Below, piece after piece: positions 54,388 through 64,000 of a DNA stretch of 64,000 nucleotides (positions are counted from its first letter, which is position 1; every line of letters begins with the position of its first letter). Position numbers and translations under genes: made by a program. A model generated the notes under the pieces. The model was given only the letters and a program-made list of their open reading frames with translations. It searched no databases and had not been told where the DNA came from. The stretch comes from Perkinsela sp. CCAP 1560/9 (taxonomy: Eukaryota > Protista > Euglenozoa: Kinetoplastea): assembly GCA_965644495.1 (NCBI GenBank), contig CBFFSA010000012.1, positions 1-64,000 on the forward strand. Direction: 5' to 3'.

Positions 54388-54679
54388 GGGTAAGATGTTT
54401 AGCGCAGAGTAGTAAATTACCGACTATTGATTTTGATTTTTTGATGAAAACACATGTAACAAAACGCGCACGAATACGACACGATTCTGGGTTTAAATCA
54501 ATTCATTTTTTGTACATTCGTAATACGCGATGGTGTACACGTTCGTTTAACGTTTGGTTAACGAATTAACTTTTGGATTCCTGTTCTTTTCTTATTTATT
54601 GGTCAATCGAATTCCGTAGCATGCTATTAGAAAGGATTTGATTTAGCACTATAATTTTCTTTCCATCTGCTTTTTTCCA

Positions 54680-54985
54680 ATGTTTAGCTATACCGCTTTC
54701 TTGTTCAAGGGGCAGTACAAGACGCGACTTAAAACGCGAATGGTGGGCTACGTGGAAAAGGTTTGCCGACGAAAAATTCGAAACTGTTTTGTGGCGCTGC
54801 GCAGTGAGGCCAACACGGGATACTTTAGAACGTACATGAAAACTGACGCAGAACTTTTAGACCAAACTCGAAAGATTCAGAGAGTGAAGTTTGATCCCGT
54901 TGTAGGACGCATGTGCGTACACAAAGAATGTAAACTCAAAGGTCCATTTTTGCTAAAGTCACATATCGCAATTGCAAAGTCTTAG
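54680..54985 (+). CDS. Mitochondrial ribosomal protein bL33m-like
   Basis: VALRSEANTGYF...KFDPVV..CVHKE resembles the L33 consensus; basic N-terminal extension. Confidence 0.8.
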   Translation: MFSYTAFLFKGQYKTRLKTRMVGYVEKVCRRKIRNCFVALRSEANTGYFRTYMKTDAELLDQTRKIQRVKFDPVVGRMCVHKECKLKGPFLLKSHIAIAKS

Positions 54986-55151
54986 TATGATATTCACACA
55001 TTTGGCTATTCATCGATCCCACAGATTTGTGATTAGGTGAGAACATTGTGACACTCGACTCAAAAACATTTTATGATTCTCATACTCAATCATTTTTCAT
55101 ACTTCTCATTCCCAAGAAGACTATCTAAAAACGAGTTTTTACGTTTTAAGT

Positions 55152-56045
55152 ATGGATTTCGGTCCTCCGTCACGAAAAAAACGTTGTATCGTACCCGTGG
55201 GTACTACTACAGGCCAAAATAAGGCTGCGCAAAACGCGAGCAGAAGCAAGGCGTCACGTATCAGAGGGGCAACGCTGCCACCGGAGTACGACCTTGCCCG
55301 ATTTACACAGAATTTATACAGCCAACATACAGCGCACTACAATATTGACGATGAATATGAGACATTGAATTCTCAACATTTGCCATTTTCCTGGTCTACT
55401 GAAACTGCCGCGTGTGAATGGACCGGCGTTCAGTGCAATACAAACGGGACTATTTTGATTATTTATTGGGCTGATCAGCTGCTTCGAGGCTCACCAGAAT
55501 GGCATTTCTTACCTTCGTCCTTGAAAATCCTTGAACTAGGCGCGAGAAGCACAGCCAAGGACTATGACGGAAAATCGAAATCCAGTTATCTGTCAAAGGG
55601 AGTGATGGGAAATCGAATCTCCGGTACTGTGAAATGGGACATGCTGCCTTCAAGTCTTGAGACTTTGGGGTTAGGAGAGAATGAATTTAGTAAAGAGTGT
55701 GATATCGGAGCTCTACCGAAAAACATGCAAGAAATTGACGTTTTCTATAACAACCTAGACGGCCCATTAGTATTCACTCATTGTCCACAAGACATTCGCG
55801 TGTGCATTTTGGCAAGAAATTCCTTTTCTGGGCTGGTTGATTTCTCACAGCTTCCCCACACGCTTTCTATTTTGAGCATTAGCTATAATAATCTGGAAGG
55901 ATGGTTAGACACTCGAGCACTACCCCCAAAAATGATACTACATGGCATAAACGCGGAATGGCTCTCGTATGACCATGTTCGGCTTCAAGATAGCAAGTCA
56001 TTGAGCGGTTGCATGCCCTACTTTAAGCAGGTATTCGAAACCTAG
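55152..56045 (+). CDS. Small LRR protein (family copy 5), NLS-like PSRKKR
   Basis: RIRGATLPPEYDL cap, ETAACEWTGVQC and LRRs. Confidence 0.88.
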   Translation: MDFGPPSRKKRCIVPVGTTTGQNKAAQNASRSKASRIRGATLPPEYDLARFTQNLYSQHTAHYNIDDEYETLNSQHLPFSWSTETAACEWTGVQCNTNGTILIIYWADQLLRGSPEWHFLPSSLKILELGARSTAKDYDGKSKSSYLSKGVMGNRISGTVKWDMLPSSLETLGLGENEFSKECDIGALPKNMQEIDVFYNNLDGPLVFTHCPQDIRVCILARNSFSGLVDFSQLPHTLSILSISYNNLEGWLDTRALPPKMILHGINAEWLSYDHVRLQDSKSLSGCMPYFKQVFET

Positions 56046-56281
56046 GTAATTTGTCTCACCTACGTAGATAATTTACATTGCTGTGCAGTGGGTGAGCAAT
56101 TGTACGATGTATAATAATAGATAATGCCAGATCTGTATAACGCACGACTGAATACTACAAAATTGCATGCCGTTTGTTTTCTCTTGAGATGATATTATCC
56201 GTGTAGTAATCAACAAATATTTTACACAATGTAGGTTACGCGTATTTTTCGGATTGTTTTTCATTCATTCTAGAGGAAAAT

Positions 56282-57181
56282 ATGTGTACTAGTATGCCAT
56301 CTGTACGATTCATCAATAGTGAAGAGTGTCCACAGGATAGTCGTTCGGGAGCTTCTCGTCCAGCTAAAGTACGAGGCGCAGTGCTACCACAAGAGTACGA
56401 ACTGGCTCGGCTATTTGAAGAAGTGGAAAATCCGCATTCTTCATGGAAGGTAGATACCCCTGCCACCGAGTGGAACGGGCTAAATATTGATTCTTACTGC
56501 TGGTCAGACGAACTCCCGAAGTTGTATCACTATCCACAGCAAGAGCACAACATGTTTACTCCAAAAGGATATGAGTGGTCCACAAAAGGGGTACGAAAGA
56601 TTATTATTAATCGGCGAAGACTCCGCGGGAAATTGAATCTCCGGTACATTCCTTATTCCGTTACTTTTTTTCACGCTGGACATAACGAGCTCACAGGTAC
56701 TGTCCAACTGGACTCCCTTCCTCCATCTCTTCTGTACCTAAACCTTTCCCATAATCAATTTAGCGGATCCGTAGATCTGATTTCCCTCCCCAAAAGTTTG
56801 CAGATATTATTTCTAGAAAATAATAAATTTTCGGGGAACGTCTGCTTCAGCAAACTACCACGCGACATAAGAGACGTGTGTTTGAAAGGCAATGCCCTTG
56901 TGGGAGCCCCAGATTTACAAAATTTGCCTCCATCCCTGACGTACCTTGGTCTTTCGTCAAATCATTTTCATGGATATGTGACGTTCGAGTCGCTTCCCGA
57001 AAGTCTTAGCCTGTATTTGAACGACAACATCGCACTTTATGGCAAATTAGTAAAAGAATGTCTTCCATGGGGTGTATATATTTGTACGACCGGAACCAAC
57101 ATCACAGTGCATCAACCTCCAAAACGGGATGCGTTATCCAAACGGAGAGTATGTTTTGATTCGGCATTGCAATACGTGTAA
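56282..57181 (+). CDS. Small LRR protein (family copy 6)
   Basis: KVRGAVLPQEYEL cap, TPATEWNG and LRRs. Confidence 0.9.
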   Translation: MCTSMPSVRFINSEECPQDSRSGASRPAKVRGAVLPQEYELARLFEEVENPHSSWKVDTPATEWNGLNIDSYCWSDELPKLYHYPQQEHNMFTPKGYEWSTKGVRKIIINRRRLRGKLNLRYIPYSVTFFHAGHNELTGTVQLDSLPPSLLYLNLSHNQFSGSVDLISLPKSLQILFLENNKFSGNVCFSKLPRDIRDVCLKGNALVGAPDLQNLPPSLTYLGLSSNHFHGYVTFESLPESLSLYLNDNIALYGKLVKECLPWGVYICTTGTNITVHQPPKRDALSKRRVCFDSALQYV

Positions 57182-58531
57182 AGTATGTTATTGGTAAGTG
57201 CATGTAAAGTACAATGTAAAGTGAATGCAGAATGTGTGCAATGGGAAGTTGGCAACAGAAGCCTCTACAACGATTCGGTAGAAATGCTGCCATCTACATC
57301 TCCAATAGTACAGGAATGAAAGTCGCGAGAGTCTTGCTCGTTTGCTTTTAACAAGCATGGCGCGGGTGAAAGGGCGAGTATCGAGGAGTATCGGGAGGAC
57401 GTGAAAAAGATTTTAAAGGAGCACGGTGATACAAGAATCGGAAAATGTTCTAGAAAAGGGATAAAAAGCTTATGAAAAAATGACCAAGAGTGAAATGAAA
57501 GAAACAACAGAGTGAGTCAAATAGACAAAAAAACGAAAAAAAACGTAGTAGTTTACTGCGAAAACACCGTAAGGCACTTTATTTTAAAGAACAAATAGAC
57601 ACAATTAGCTACTCTTATGCACTATGCAATATTGCTTTTTACACCGAACTTTTTGTAGTACTGTATTTGTTCGTTACATTTCACTGTTGTATGCGTGACG
57701 TACATATTCATAGCTCGATCATACGCTTACCCATTTAAAGCCTCTTTTCCCTTTCTAACTCTGTTGAAAACCATTTTGGCATGCTGGCCCACCATATTCA
57801 AGGGGCATTGAGGATTCCGGACCTCTGCGAAAATCATTCCACAAAGTCGGGGCTCCGTAGAAGTTTACTGCTTACTACTTAAGAGCTCCTGGACAGGAGT
57901 CACTCCTCTAAGAATAGTAAAGTAAAGAATATGAAGTTGCTGTCAGAAAAGCGAAAACAAAACTTTTACATTGTGTACCCCTTGACGACCAAACTATACT
58001 TACTTTTCTTGTTTTCAACTTCTCCACATGAAACTTCTTCCCTGGAAAGAAGGGGGGGATAACAAAAAAAACTGATATGGTTGTCGAGTTGAGCAATTCT
58101 TTAACTTATCTACCTGTTTTTTCTAACAGGTGTATTTACTCCCACTATAGTGGGTCGGCAAAAAAAAACGCGCATGGTGAAGCATCCGAATTGGCTGAAA
58201 ACGATAGTCACTCCTCTCGCGGAGTAGTACCCCGAACATTATATTATTATTCATTCTGCATCTTCCAAACTTCGCGAAGTCTTTGCCGTTGAAGATGCAC
58301 AGGGTGAGACTGGATGTTTCAATCCTCTAAAGAACACAAAAAAAGATTTTCGGCAATTTTGAAAAAGCAAATAAAGAGAATCACCTAAGTAATTTATTCC
58401 AGGGTTTTAAATTTTCCCCAACCTCGTTTTTTGTGTAAAACACAACCTATCATTCACCCATAATTTATACCCCGCATTGGGCTTCTCTCTTTCTTACATT
58501 TTCATTCACCTAGTAAAGTGACATTTTCGTA

Positions 58532-59944
58532 ATGTTGATTGATCCCGCTGAATGGACAGACAAGCGCACGGTCACAAAATGCGAACGAGCAGGGTGTGGT
58601 CGTCGTTTCTTCGGGGTTCGCCGAAAAAATCACTGTCGTCAGTGTGGTCACGTATTCTGCACGCCCTGCACCGTCCGAATGCCGGACTCCGAGAAGAATC
58701 TCATTAAAGTTTGTCTGTCGTGTGGTAAGCGCGCCCGCCAGGAGTCCACGTTTCGTGAATCTGCGTTGGACCCCGCAAAGGATTCTGATATGGCCACTGG
58801 GGAGAAACCTCCAACACTCCCGGAACTTCGACCTTCCACGCCAGTGATGCGAAGGCGTAAGATTTGTGTTCTTGGCCTCCGTGGGGTGGGAAAGAGTGCT
58901 TTGCTGGCCTCTTTTGTGCAAGGCGGGTTCCGTGGCACCTACAACCCCACTACCAGTCAAGGCTCCGTCCTCGCCCACCGCACTGTGAACCAGATTCCCT
59001 ATGAGCTCGTTCTGCTGGACACCCCGGGGATGGAGGAGGCTACCACATGGACCTTCCCTCCCATCCTTAGCATTGGCACCCACGGGTACGTCCTTCTCTA
59101 CGCCGTAAGCCACCCCGCCTCCTTCCACGCCGTACGCAGCCTCCACGAAAAAGTCATCGAATGCGCCGCCCCGGAGACGCCCATCCTGCTCGTCGGCACC
59201 TGCTGCGGCGAGGAAACCACCCCCCTACCCCCAACGCACCTCACCCACACTCACCCCGCACCCGAACAAACCCCCGGCCCCCACGCCCCCCTCTCCCCCT
59301 CCCCCCCTCCCCAACCCCTCCCCACCACCACCCCACGTCGTGTACCCCCCTCCCCCACCCCTCCTCCCCACGGGGCATCCCCCTCCCACCCTCCCCCGCT
59401 CCCCCTCCCCCCCACCGCTACCCCCACCCGTCCCTCCCCCTCCCCTCCCCGTGGCTCCTCCTCCATCTCCACTCCCCGTCCCCAGGCCTCTGCTGCAACA
59501 ACAACAGCAGTAGCCGCAGTGACAGGGGACAGCCCCACCCCGGGGAGTAGCAGTACTACGGCTACTACCACCACAGAGCCTCCCCCGACGCTCCTCTCCA
59601 CCCCTCCCCCCGGGAGTGCTCCTCTGTTCCACCCGTTGCACGCGACGGGGGGCGTGGAGGAGGACCCCGCGGGGGGAGGGGGGATGGTAGAGGGGGGGAT
59701 GGAAGAGGAGGAGGTGGAGCCGATTGCGGCACGGAGGAAACGGGCGGTGAGTGTGGAGGAGGGGGAGCGGCTCGCGGAGGCCCTGGGGTGTCCGTTTATG
59801 GAGTGTAGTGCACGGACGGGGCTCCATGTGGAGCAGGTGTTTTTGTCCGTGGTGGAGAGGATACAGGGGTTGGAGAATAAGAGAAGGCCAAGGGAGGGGT
59901 GGGGGAGGGTTGAAAATTTGTTGTGTAGGAGTTTTGTAAAATGA
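58532..59944 (+). CDS. RHEB: FYVE-Rheb GTPase with a large low-complexity insertion
   Basis: FYVE RRKNHCRQCGHVFC; Rheb-type P-loop GLRGVGKS, YNPT, DTPG, HGYVLLY and ECSAR. Confidence 0.85.
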   Translation: MLIDPAEWTDKRTVTKCERAGCGRRFFGVRRKNHCRQCGHVFCTPCTVRMPDSEKNLIKVCLSCGKRARQESTFRESALDPAKDSDMATGEKPPTLPELRPSTPVMRRRKICVLGLRGVGKSALLASFVQGGFRGTYNPTTSQGSVLAHRTVNQIPYELVLLDTPGMEEATTWTFPPILSIGTHGYVLLYAVSHPASFHAVRSLHEKVIECAAPETPILLVGTCCGEETTPLPPTHLTHTHPAPEQTPGPHAPLSPSPPPQPLPTTTPRRVPPSPTPPPHGASPSHPPPLPLPPTATPTRPSPSPPRGSSSISTPRPQASAATTTAVAAVTGDSPTPGSSSTTATTTTEPPPTLLSTPPPGSAPLFHPLHATGGVEEDPAGGGGMVEGGMEEEEVEPIAARRKRAVSVEEGERLAEALGCPFMECSARTGLHVEQVFLSVVERIQGLENKRRPREGWGRVENLLCRSFVK

Positions 59945-60124
59945 CAGTAGAACGTGCTTTTTTTATCAAAATGCCATCTTGAGTTTGAAAAAAATGAGGT
60001 TCGTTGAATAAGACTGCAATTTTTTATAGGGATTCTTGTATTCCTACACATTTGTGCATTGTATTGACACACATCTTCCAACTAGTCTTTTTACGTGTCC
60101 CACGTCCTTTCCGTTCCCAAATAC

Positions 60125-60682
60125 ATGTACAGCTGCGTCTCTCGAGCCAACGCTGTTCTCGGAACCGCTGCATGGACACTTGCGCTAATGGCCACCGCTC
60201 TTGCGCTGTCCTCTCACCTCATTAACTACCGCAATCCGCCTCACCCCACCGTCTCTCTGGACGTCGGAGTGTTACGACTTCATCAGCGCACGTTTAACGA
60301 GACAATCAAACATGATGCTGCGGCACTACGCATTGATATGGATGCCGATCTCTCCCCCTTGTGGAACTGGAACGTCAAGCATATTTTTATCTACCTTGTG
60401 GCGCGCTACTCCACCACAGCCTTTCCGGACAATGAGGTCATGGTGTGGGATCGTATAGTAAACAACCGCGAGCAGACATTCTTGTCGGTTCACACACGAG
60501 CAAAGTACTGTCTCGAGGACAACGGCAACCATACCCTGCTGGGGACCAATGTCACGTTTAACCTACGCTGGCGTGTGATGCCGCGCGTTGGTAGTCACCC
60601 GTTCGGGGAGGCCACCGCCCCTCATGAGATCTGCACGGTGAAGTTCCCGTCGGAATATAATTTTGACGTAACGCCGTATTGA
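60125..60682 (+). CDS. SPC3: Signal peptidase complex subunit 3 (SPC22/23)
   Basis: MYSCVSRAN start, TM segment, ADLSPLWNWNVKHIF, NEVMVWDRIV and WRVMPRVG. Confidence 0.92.
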   Translation: MYSCVSRANAVLGTAAWTLALMATALALSSHLINYRNPPHPTVSLDVGVLRLHQRTFNETIKHDAAALRIDMDADLSPLWNWNVKHIFIYLVARYSTTAFPDNEVMVWDRIVNNREQTFLSVHTRAKYCLEDNGNHTLLGTNVTFNLRWRVMPRVGSHPFGEATAPHEICTVKFPSEYNFDVTPY

Positions 60683-60960
60683 AGTGATACACGTTTCGTT
60701 TACATCGAAGGGAACAAGAGACTGCGCTATGCGTCTACGTTAGGCAGCAGTCGAATTTTACAGTGGGACCTGTATTTTACAGTGGTACAATTGTAGGTTC
60801 TCTTTATTTTGTAGGTTGATTCAAGCATTTTATTCCTATCATGCTGAAAAAGACGGAAAAAAGATGTACTGGTCAACGAGCATTTATTTTAAGGGAGCTT
60901 AGTAGCTTCAGTTTAGTTTATCCTTTAAGCTCTCCACTATTTCCTTTCACCATTTTTATC

Positions 60961-61710
60961 ATGTCATCTGAGCCAGCCCCCCTCTTTAGCAAATCTCTGG
61001 AGCTGTTGGATAAGGAAATTGAAAGATTAACTCATCAAATAGAGCATTGCGGCGTTACCTCCTCCGAACCTTCAAAAACTGAAGCCTTGTCCGCACACGA
61101 GCACGCCAGTGATTCTAAGACAACGAAAACAAATTCGTTGCATCAAGATTCTACGATTGGCACGAATTCAACAAAGTTGCGAAAGGATACAGAAGGAACG
61201 AATGCGATTTCTGCGCTATCTCGTGTACAGCTTTTGGTGGGTCACATTGTGAGCTGCAAGCGACACCCAGAGAGTGAGCGTCTGCTTGTCGAGGAGATTG
61301 ACTGCGGCAAAGGTGATACCCCTCGTACGATCTGCAGCGGACTGGCTGAATTCTACACGCCGGAAACTCTCGTGGGAAAGAACGTCGTCGTGGTTGCTAA
61401 CCTGGAGCCTCGACGGTTTCGAGGGATAATGTCTCACGGAATGGTGTTGTGTGCGTGCAGCGAGGATAAGTCTCAAGTAGAGATACTGGAGTGTCCAACC
61501 GAGGTAGCCCCGGGAACACGTGTGACCCTTCCGAATCATGATGCGGATCCCCTACCGGTGCTAAAGAAGAAGTTGGCGAAATATTGGGACGAAGTGGCTC
61601 AGGATTTGAAGACGAACGAAAAGTGTGAAGCGGCGTATCAGAGCGTTCGTTTTGAGTTCGAAGGAAAGCCGATTCTAGCCGCATCCCTTGCTAATGCTGC
61701 GATTTCGTAG
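60961..61710 (+). CDS. Arc1/EMAPII-type tRNA-binding OB-fold protein (synthetase complex cofactor)
   Basis: VGHI..HPESERL.VEEIDCG, RTICSGL, VVANLEPR..RGIMSHGMVLCA; N-terminal coiled coil. Confidence 0.9.
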   Translation: MSSEPAPLFSKSLELLDKEIERLTHQIEHCGVTSSEPSKTEALSAHEHASDSKTTKTNSLHQDSTIGTNSTKLRKDTEGTNAISALSRVQLLVGHIVSCKRHPESERLLVEEIDCGKGDTPRTICSGLAEFYTPETLVGKNVVVVANLEPRRFRGIMSHGMVLCACSEDKSQVEILECPTEVAPGTRVTLPNHDADPLPVLKKKLAKYWDEVAQDLKTNEKCEAAYQSVRFEFEGKPILAASLANAAIS

Positions 61711-61771
61711 TCTGATTTTCTATGGGTTAACAAAGAGACTACAAAAGAAAAACATAATTGTACTTACACAT

Positions 61772-61826
61772 CATAGCTGTCATTCGACGTCGAATTCGAC
61801 GTCGTTCGACGGTCGAAAGGTCGAAA
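61772..61826 (+). repeat. TCGA-repeat/palindrome cluster, probable left subterminal region of the hAT element
   Basis: Six TCGA copies, including the palindrome GACGTCGAATTCGACGTC, about 130 bp before the transposase ORF. Confidence 0.55.
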
Positions 61827-61953
61827 CATTTTGAGTGCTTGTGTGGTTTCTGAAAGAATTTTTTTCAACAGAATATATGTTTATAAAATGTTTAAAAAAT
61901 GTATTTGCAACCAGTCTTCTACTTTTTTGTGTTAATTTACTTCTTTTTTCACA

Positions 61954-64000
61954 ATGCACACCTCTGTTCGAGGAAGAGGGCGCATGATTCCTATCCGCAT
62001 ACCTTCTCCCCCAGCTCTTTCATCAGATGCAATCGTGCCAACTTTAGCTGAAGCAAATTCTTCCGAATCTGTTTCATCTACTACTCCTTCAGTTACTTCG
62101 GTTCGTGCCAAGAGAACCAATTCGGCGAAGAAGAATAGAACTGCCATGCAGCGAGATGCTTCCACGGAAGCAGCAGATGGTCCTACCCAGAGCAGATTTG
62201 AAATTTCCGATAACGTTCCGTCAGGGAGTTATGTTCCTGTCTCAGTACGACGAGAGTGTACCGCGAGGCTTGAAGAGGAAATGTCGTCCTCTCCATCACA
62301 ACAGGCAAGCTCTGTAAGGCAAGTAGTTCGAAAACAGCTTGTACAGGACCCAATGCGGTTTCCCCGTATTTCGACAAAATTCTTTCGTGAACGCTGCTTG
62401 GGAATGGATACCCCGCCTGGTAGAACGAAAGATTTGGAGAAGAAAAACAAAGAGTGTCGCGAATACGCCGAGAAATATCCTCGGCCCCATCTCGTGAATA
62501 CCATGGGCCAGCGGACTCACATAAAGTGTCGCGACTGTCCGTGGTGGAGTCATTCGCTCCATAACAACCATTACTATCACCATATCAATCACACTTGTTT
62601 AGTGCGCGAGGGACAGAGAATCGCAAACGAACCGGAACTTTTTTCACTGACCCCGAACGACAATTCAATGAGTGTAAATGTTTTTGTTCGTCGCTGCGTT
62701 CCCTGTCTTGTGGCAAAGACGAACTTGTCATGCAAAGCTGCACACGCTTTACTTCGTAACTATGAAGAATTACGCCCCAAGCGAGCAAATACTGAAGAAA
62801 TTCTCAATGCACTCGGCAACAATCACAGGGTCATGCGTGATTGGGAGAAGGACTTGGCCAACGAAATATGGGAAAAAATGATTTCAAAAATCGATATTCA
62901 TCCTTTCTTCGGGGTAGCTGTGGATGCTGGGGTTGATTCCGTGCTCAACGAGCACGTATTAGTAGGGGTGGTGTATGTTTCAGATGAGCAATATCTATTA
63001 CCACCCATGTATCATCCGAAGCGGAAGGCATTCAACGGCAAAGAAACAGCTGAGAGTTTGGTTAATACATTGAATTCTATTCTCGGCATTACCCTGGTAC
63101 GAAAAATGAGGTTTTTAATGGTGGATGGCTGTGCCGTTAACCACGTGGCCCGTGATGAGGCAGAAGGAGAATTAAAAAGAATATATGATCGCGTTCAAAG
63201 AATTGGGGAGTCGGACTGGATAAACTTCGGAAACCGGGCCGTGGACATGATGCCACACGTCTCCTTACTATCTTGCTTTGGTCATTTTCTCAATAACCTC
63301 GCGATGGATGCGATGAAACCCTTTCAGGAAACACCCCTTTTTGAACTTAAAAAGCTCTTCAGACAAACATTTTATGGACATGACAAGATCTGTACGAAGA
63401 AGGGGCGGTATCGTGGTGTGGCCCTAGACGTTCTTCTTGGATCTTTCGACGAAGAAACTAACAAAGCGGAACAATTTTTCACTCAATGGTATGGGGGGCT
63501 GTCTAGCAATAAACTGGACGATGAATATCAGACAGAGCTGGTGTGTCAGCTTCGCAGCAGCGTACAAATTTTGAAACAATATGCGCCCGATGAAGCTGAT
63601 ATAATTTTGGCGGAACTGAACGCTCAGCATGAAAATATTCCTCGCTGTCGTGACGCACTTTCATTGTATGGACCTCAAGTAATTGAAGCTGTTCGTAGAG
63701 CAAAGGATGTACACGGCATTACGGCTCCTAAGTTAGGGGGAGTTACTCGCTGGTGCCATGATAAGTTCAGCAGCATTTCCTTCTTTTCTACTCAGTTACC
63801 TACTGTTGTCGCGTTCCTGAAGCAAGAACTGGAAAACCCCCGAGTTTGTCAGTCTGTACGTAAGTGTGCGGATCTTATTGCTCGGGAAGGGGTAGATAAC
63901 CTGGCGACTTCCGCAAAATATTTTCTTGAAGAACTAGCTCCTATCCAGAAAGCGTTACAAAAATTTTCGGATTTAGACGGTACGCCTTTAGCAACGGGAG
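61954..64000 (+). CDS. hAT-superfamily transposase, open to the window end (at least 682 codons; absent from the ORF track)
   Basis: Manual translation has no stop: BED-like CRDC...HHINHTC, first Asp VAVDAGVD, second Asp LMVDGCAVN, CxxH motif SCFGHFLNN and VTRW. Confidence 0.9.
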   Translation, partial: MHTSVRGRGRMIPIRIPSPPALSSDAIVPTLAEANSSESVSSTTPSVTSVRAKRTNSAKKNRTAMQRDASTEAADGPTQSRFEISDNVPSGSYVPVSVRRECTARLEEEMSSSPSQQASSVRQVVRKQLVQDPMRFPRISTKFFRERCLGMDTPPGRTKDLEKKNKECREYAEKYPRPHLVNTMGQRTHIKCRDCPWWSHSLHNNHYYHHINHTCLVREGQRIANEPELFSLTPNDNSMSVNVFVRRCVPCLVAKTNLSCKAAHALLRNYEELRPKRANTEEILNALGNNHRVMRDWEKDLANEIWEKMISKIDIHPFFGVAVDAGVDSVLNEHVLVGVVYVSDEQYLLPPMYHPKRKAFNGKETAESLVNTLNSILGITLVRKMRFLMVDGCAVNHVARDEAEGELKRIYDRVQRIGESDWINFGNRAVDMMPHVSLLSCFGHFLNNLAMDAMKPFQETPLFELKKLFRQTFYGHDKICTKKGRYRGVALDVLLGSFDEETNKAEQFFTQWYGGLSSNKLDDEYQTELVCQLRSSVQILKQYAPDEADIILAELNAQHENIPRCRDALSLYGPQVIEAVRRAKDVHGITAPKLGGVTRWCHDKFSSISFFSTQLPTVVAFLKQELENPRVCQSVRKCADLIAREGVDNLATSAKYFLEELAPIQKALQKFSDLDGTPLATG

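Larger units (their letters stand above)
10606..64000 (+). other. Kinetoplastid-type directional (polycistronic) gene cluster
   Basis: All ~22 credible genes are on + with unbroken ORFs and T-rich intergenic tracts; includes kinetoplastid-specific KREPA6. Confidence 0.9.

Noticed and set aside
57182-58530. tRNA, spliced-leader or snRNA genes in long intergenic regions
   Set aside because: No cloverleaf/T-loop consensus or SL, U2 or U6 signature found by eye; small snoRNAs cannot be excluded.
61932-63703. Short ORFs listed in the track at 62-63.7 kb
   Set aside because: They overlap the long open hAT transposase frame starting at 61954.

Overview
The window is composite. Bases 1-3278 are AT-rich bacterial (gammaproteobacterial-looking) DNA: 5'-nucleotidase, L,D-transpeptidase, class 2 pyrD and a truncated methyltransferase. 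This DNA joins abruptly to eukaryotic DNA inside a foldback repeat. Bases ~3279-10460 are a nest of transposon remnants: foldback repeats, a Merlin-like fragment, three TA-associated MITEs, two hAT fragments and a DIRS/VIPER-type RT-RNase H pseudogene. Bases ~10500-64000 are an apparently intronless, single-strand (+) gene array of a kinetoplastid. KREPA6/MP18, FYVE-Rheb and a mitochondrial-type TOP2 support this, and six dispersed small LRR paralogues suggest a Perkinsela-like amoeba endosymbiont. The array also carries a deleted Tc1 element and ends in an uninterrupted hAT transposase ORF missed by the ORF track. The most unusual signal is about 11 recurring, strand-symmetric 1-1.5 kb GC-rich islands. 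Each switches from C(A)-rich to G(T)-rich on the top strand regardless of gene boundaries and visibly remodels the proteins it overlaps. These are candidate bidirectional replication origins or mutational/recombination hotspots. All calls come from reading the sequence by eye; no searches were run.
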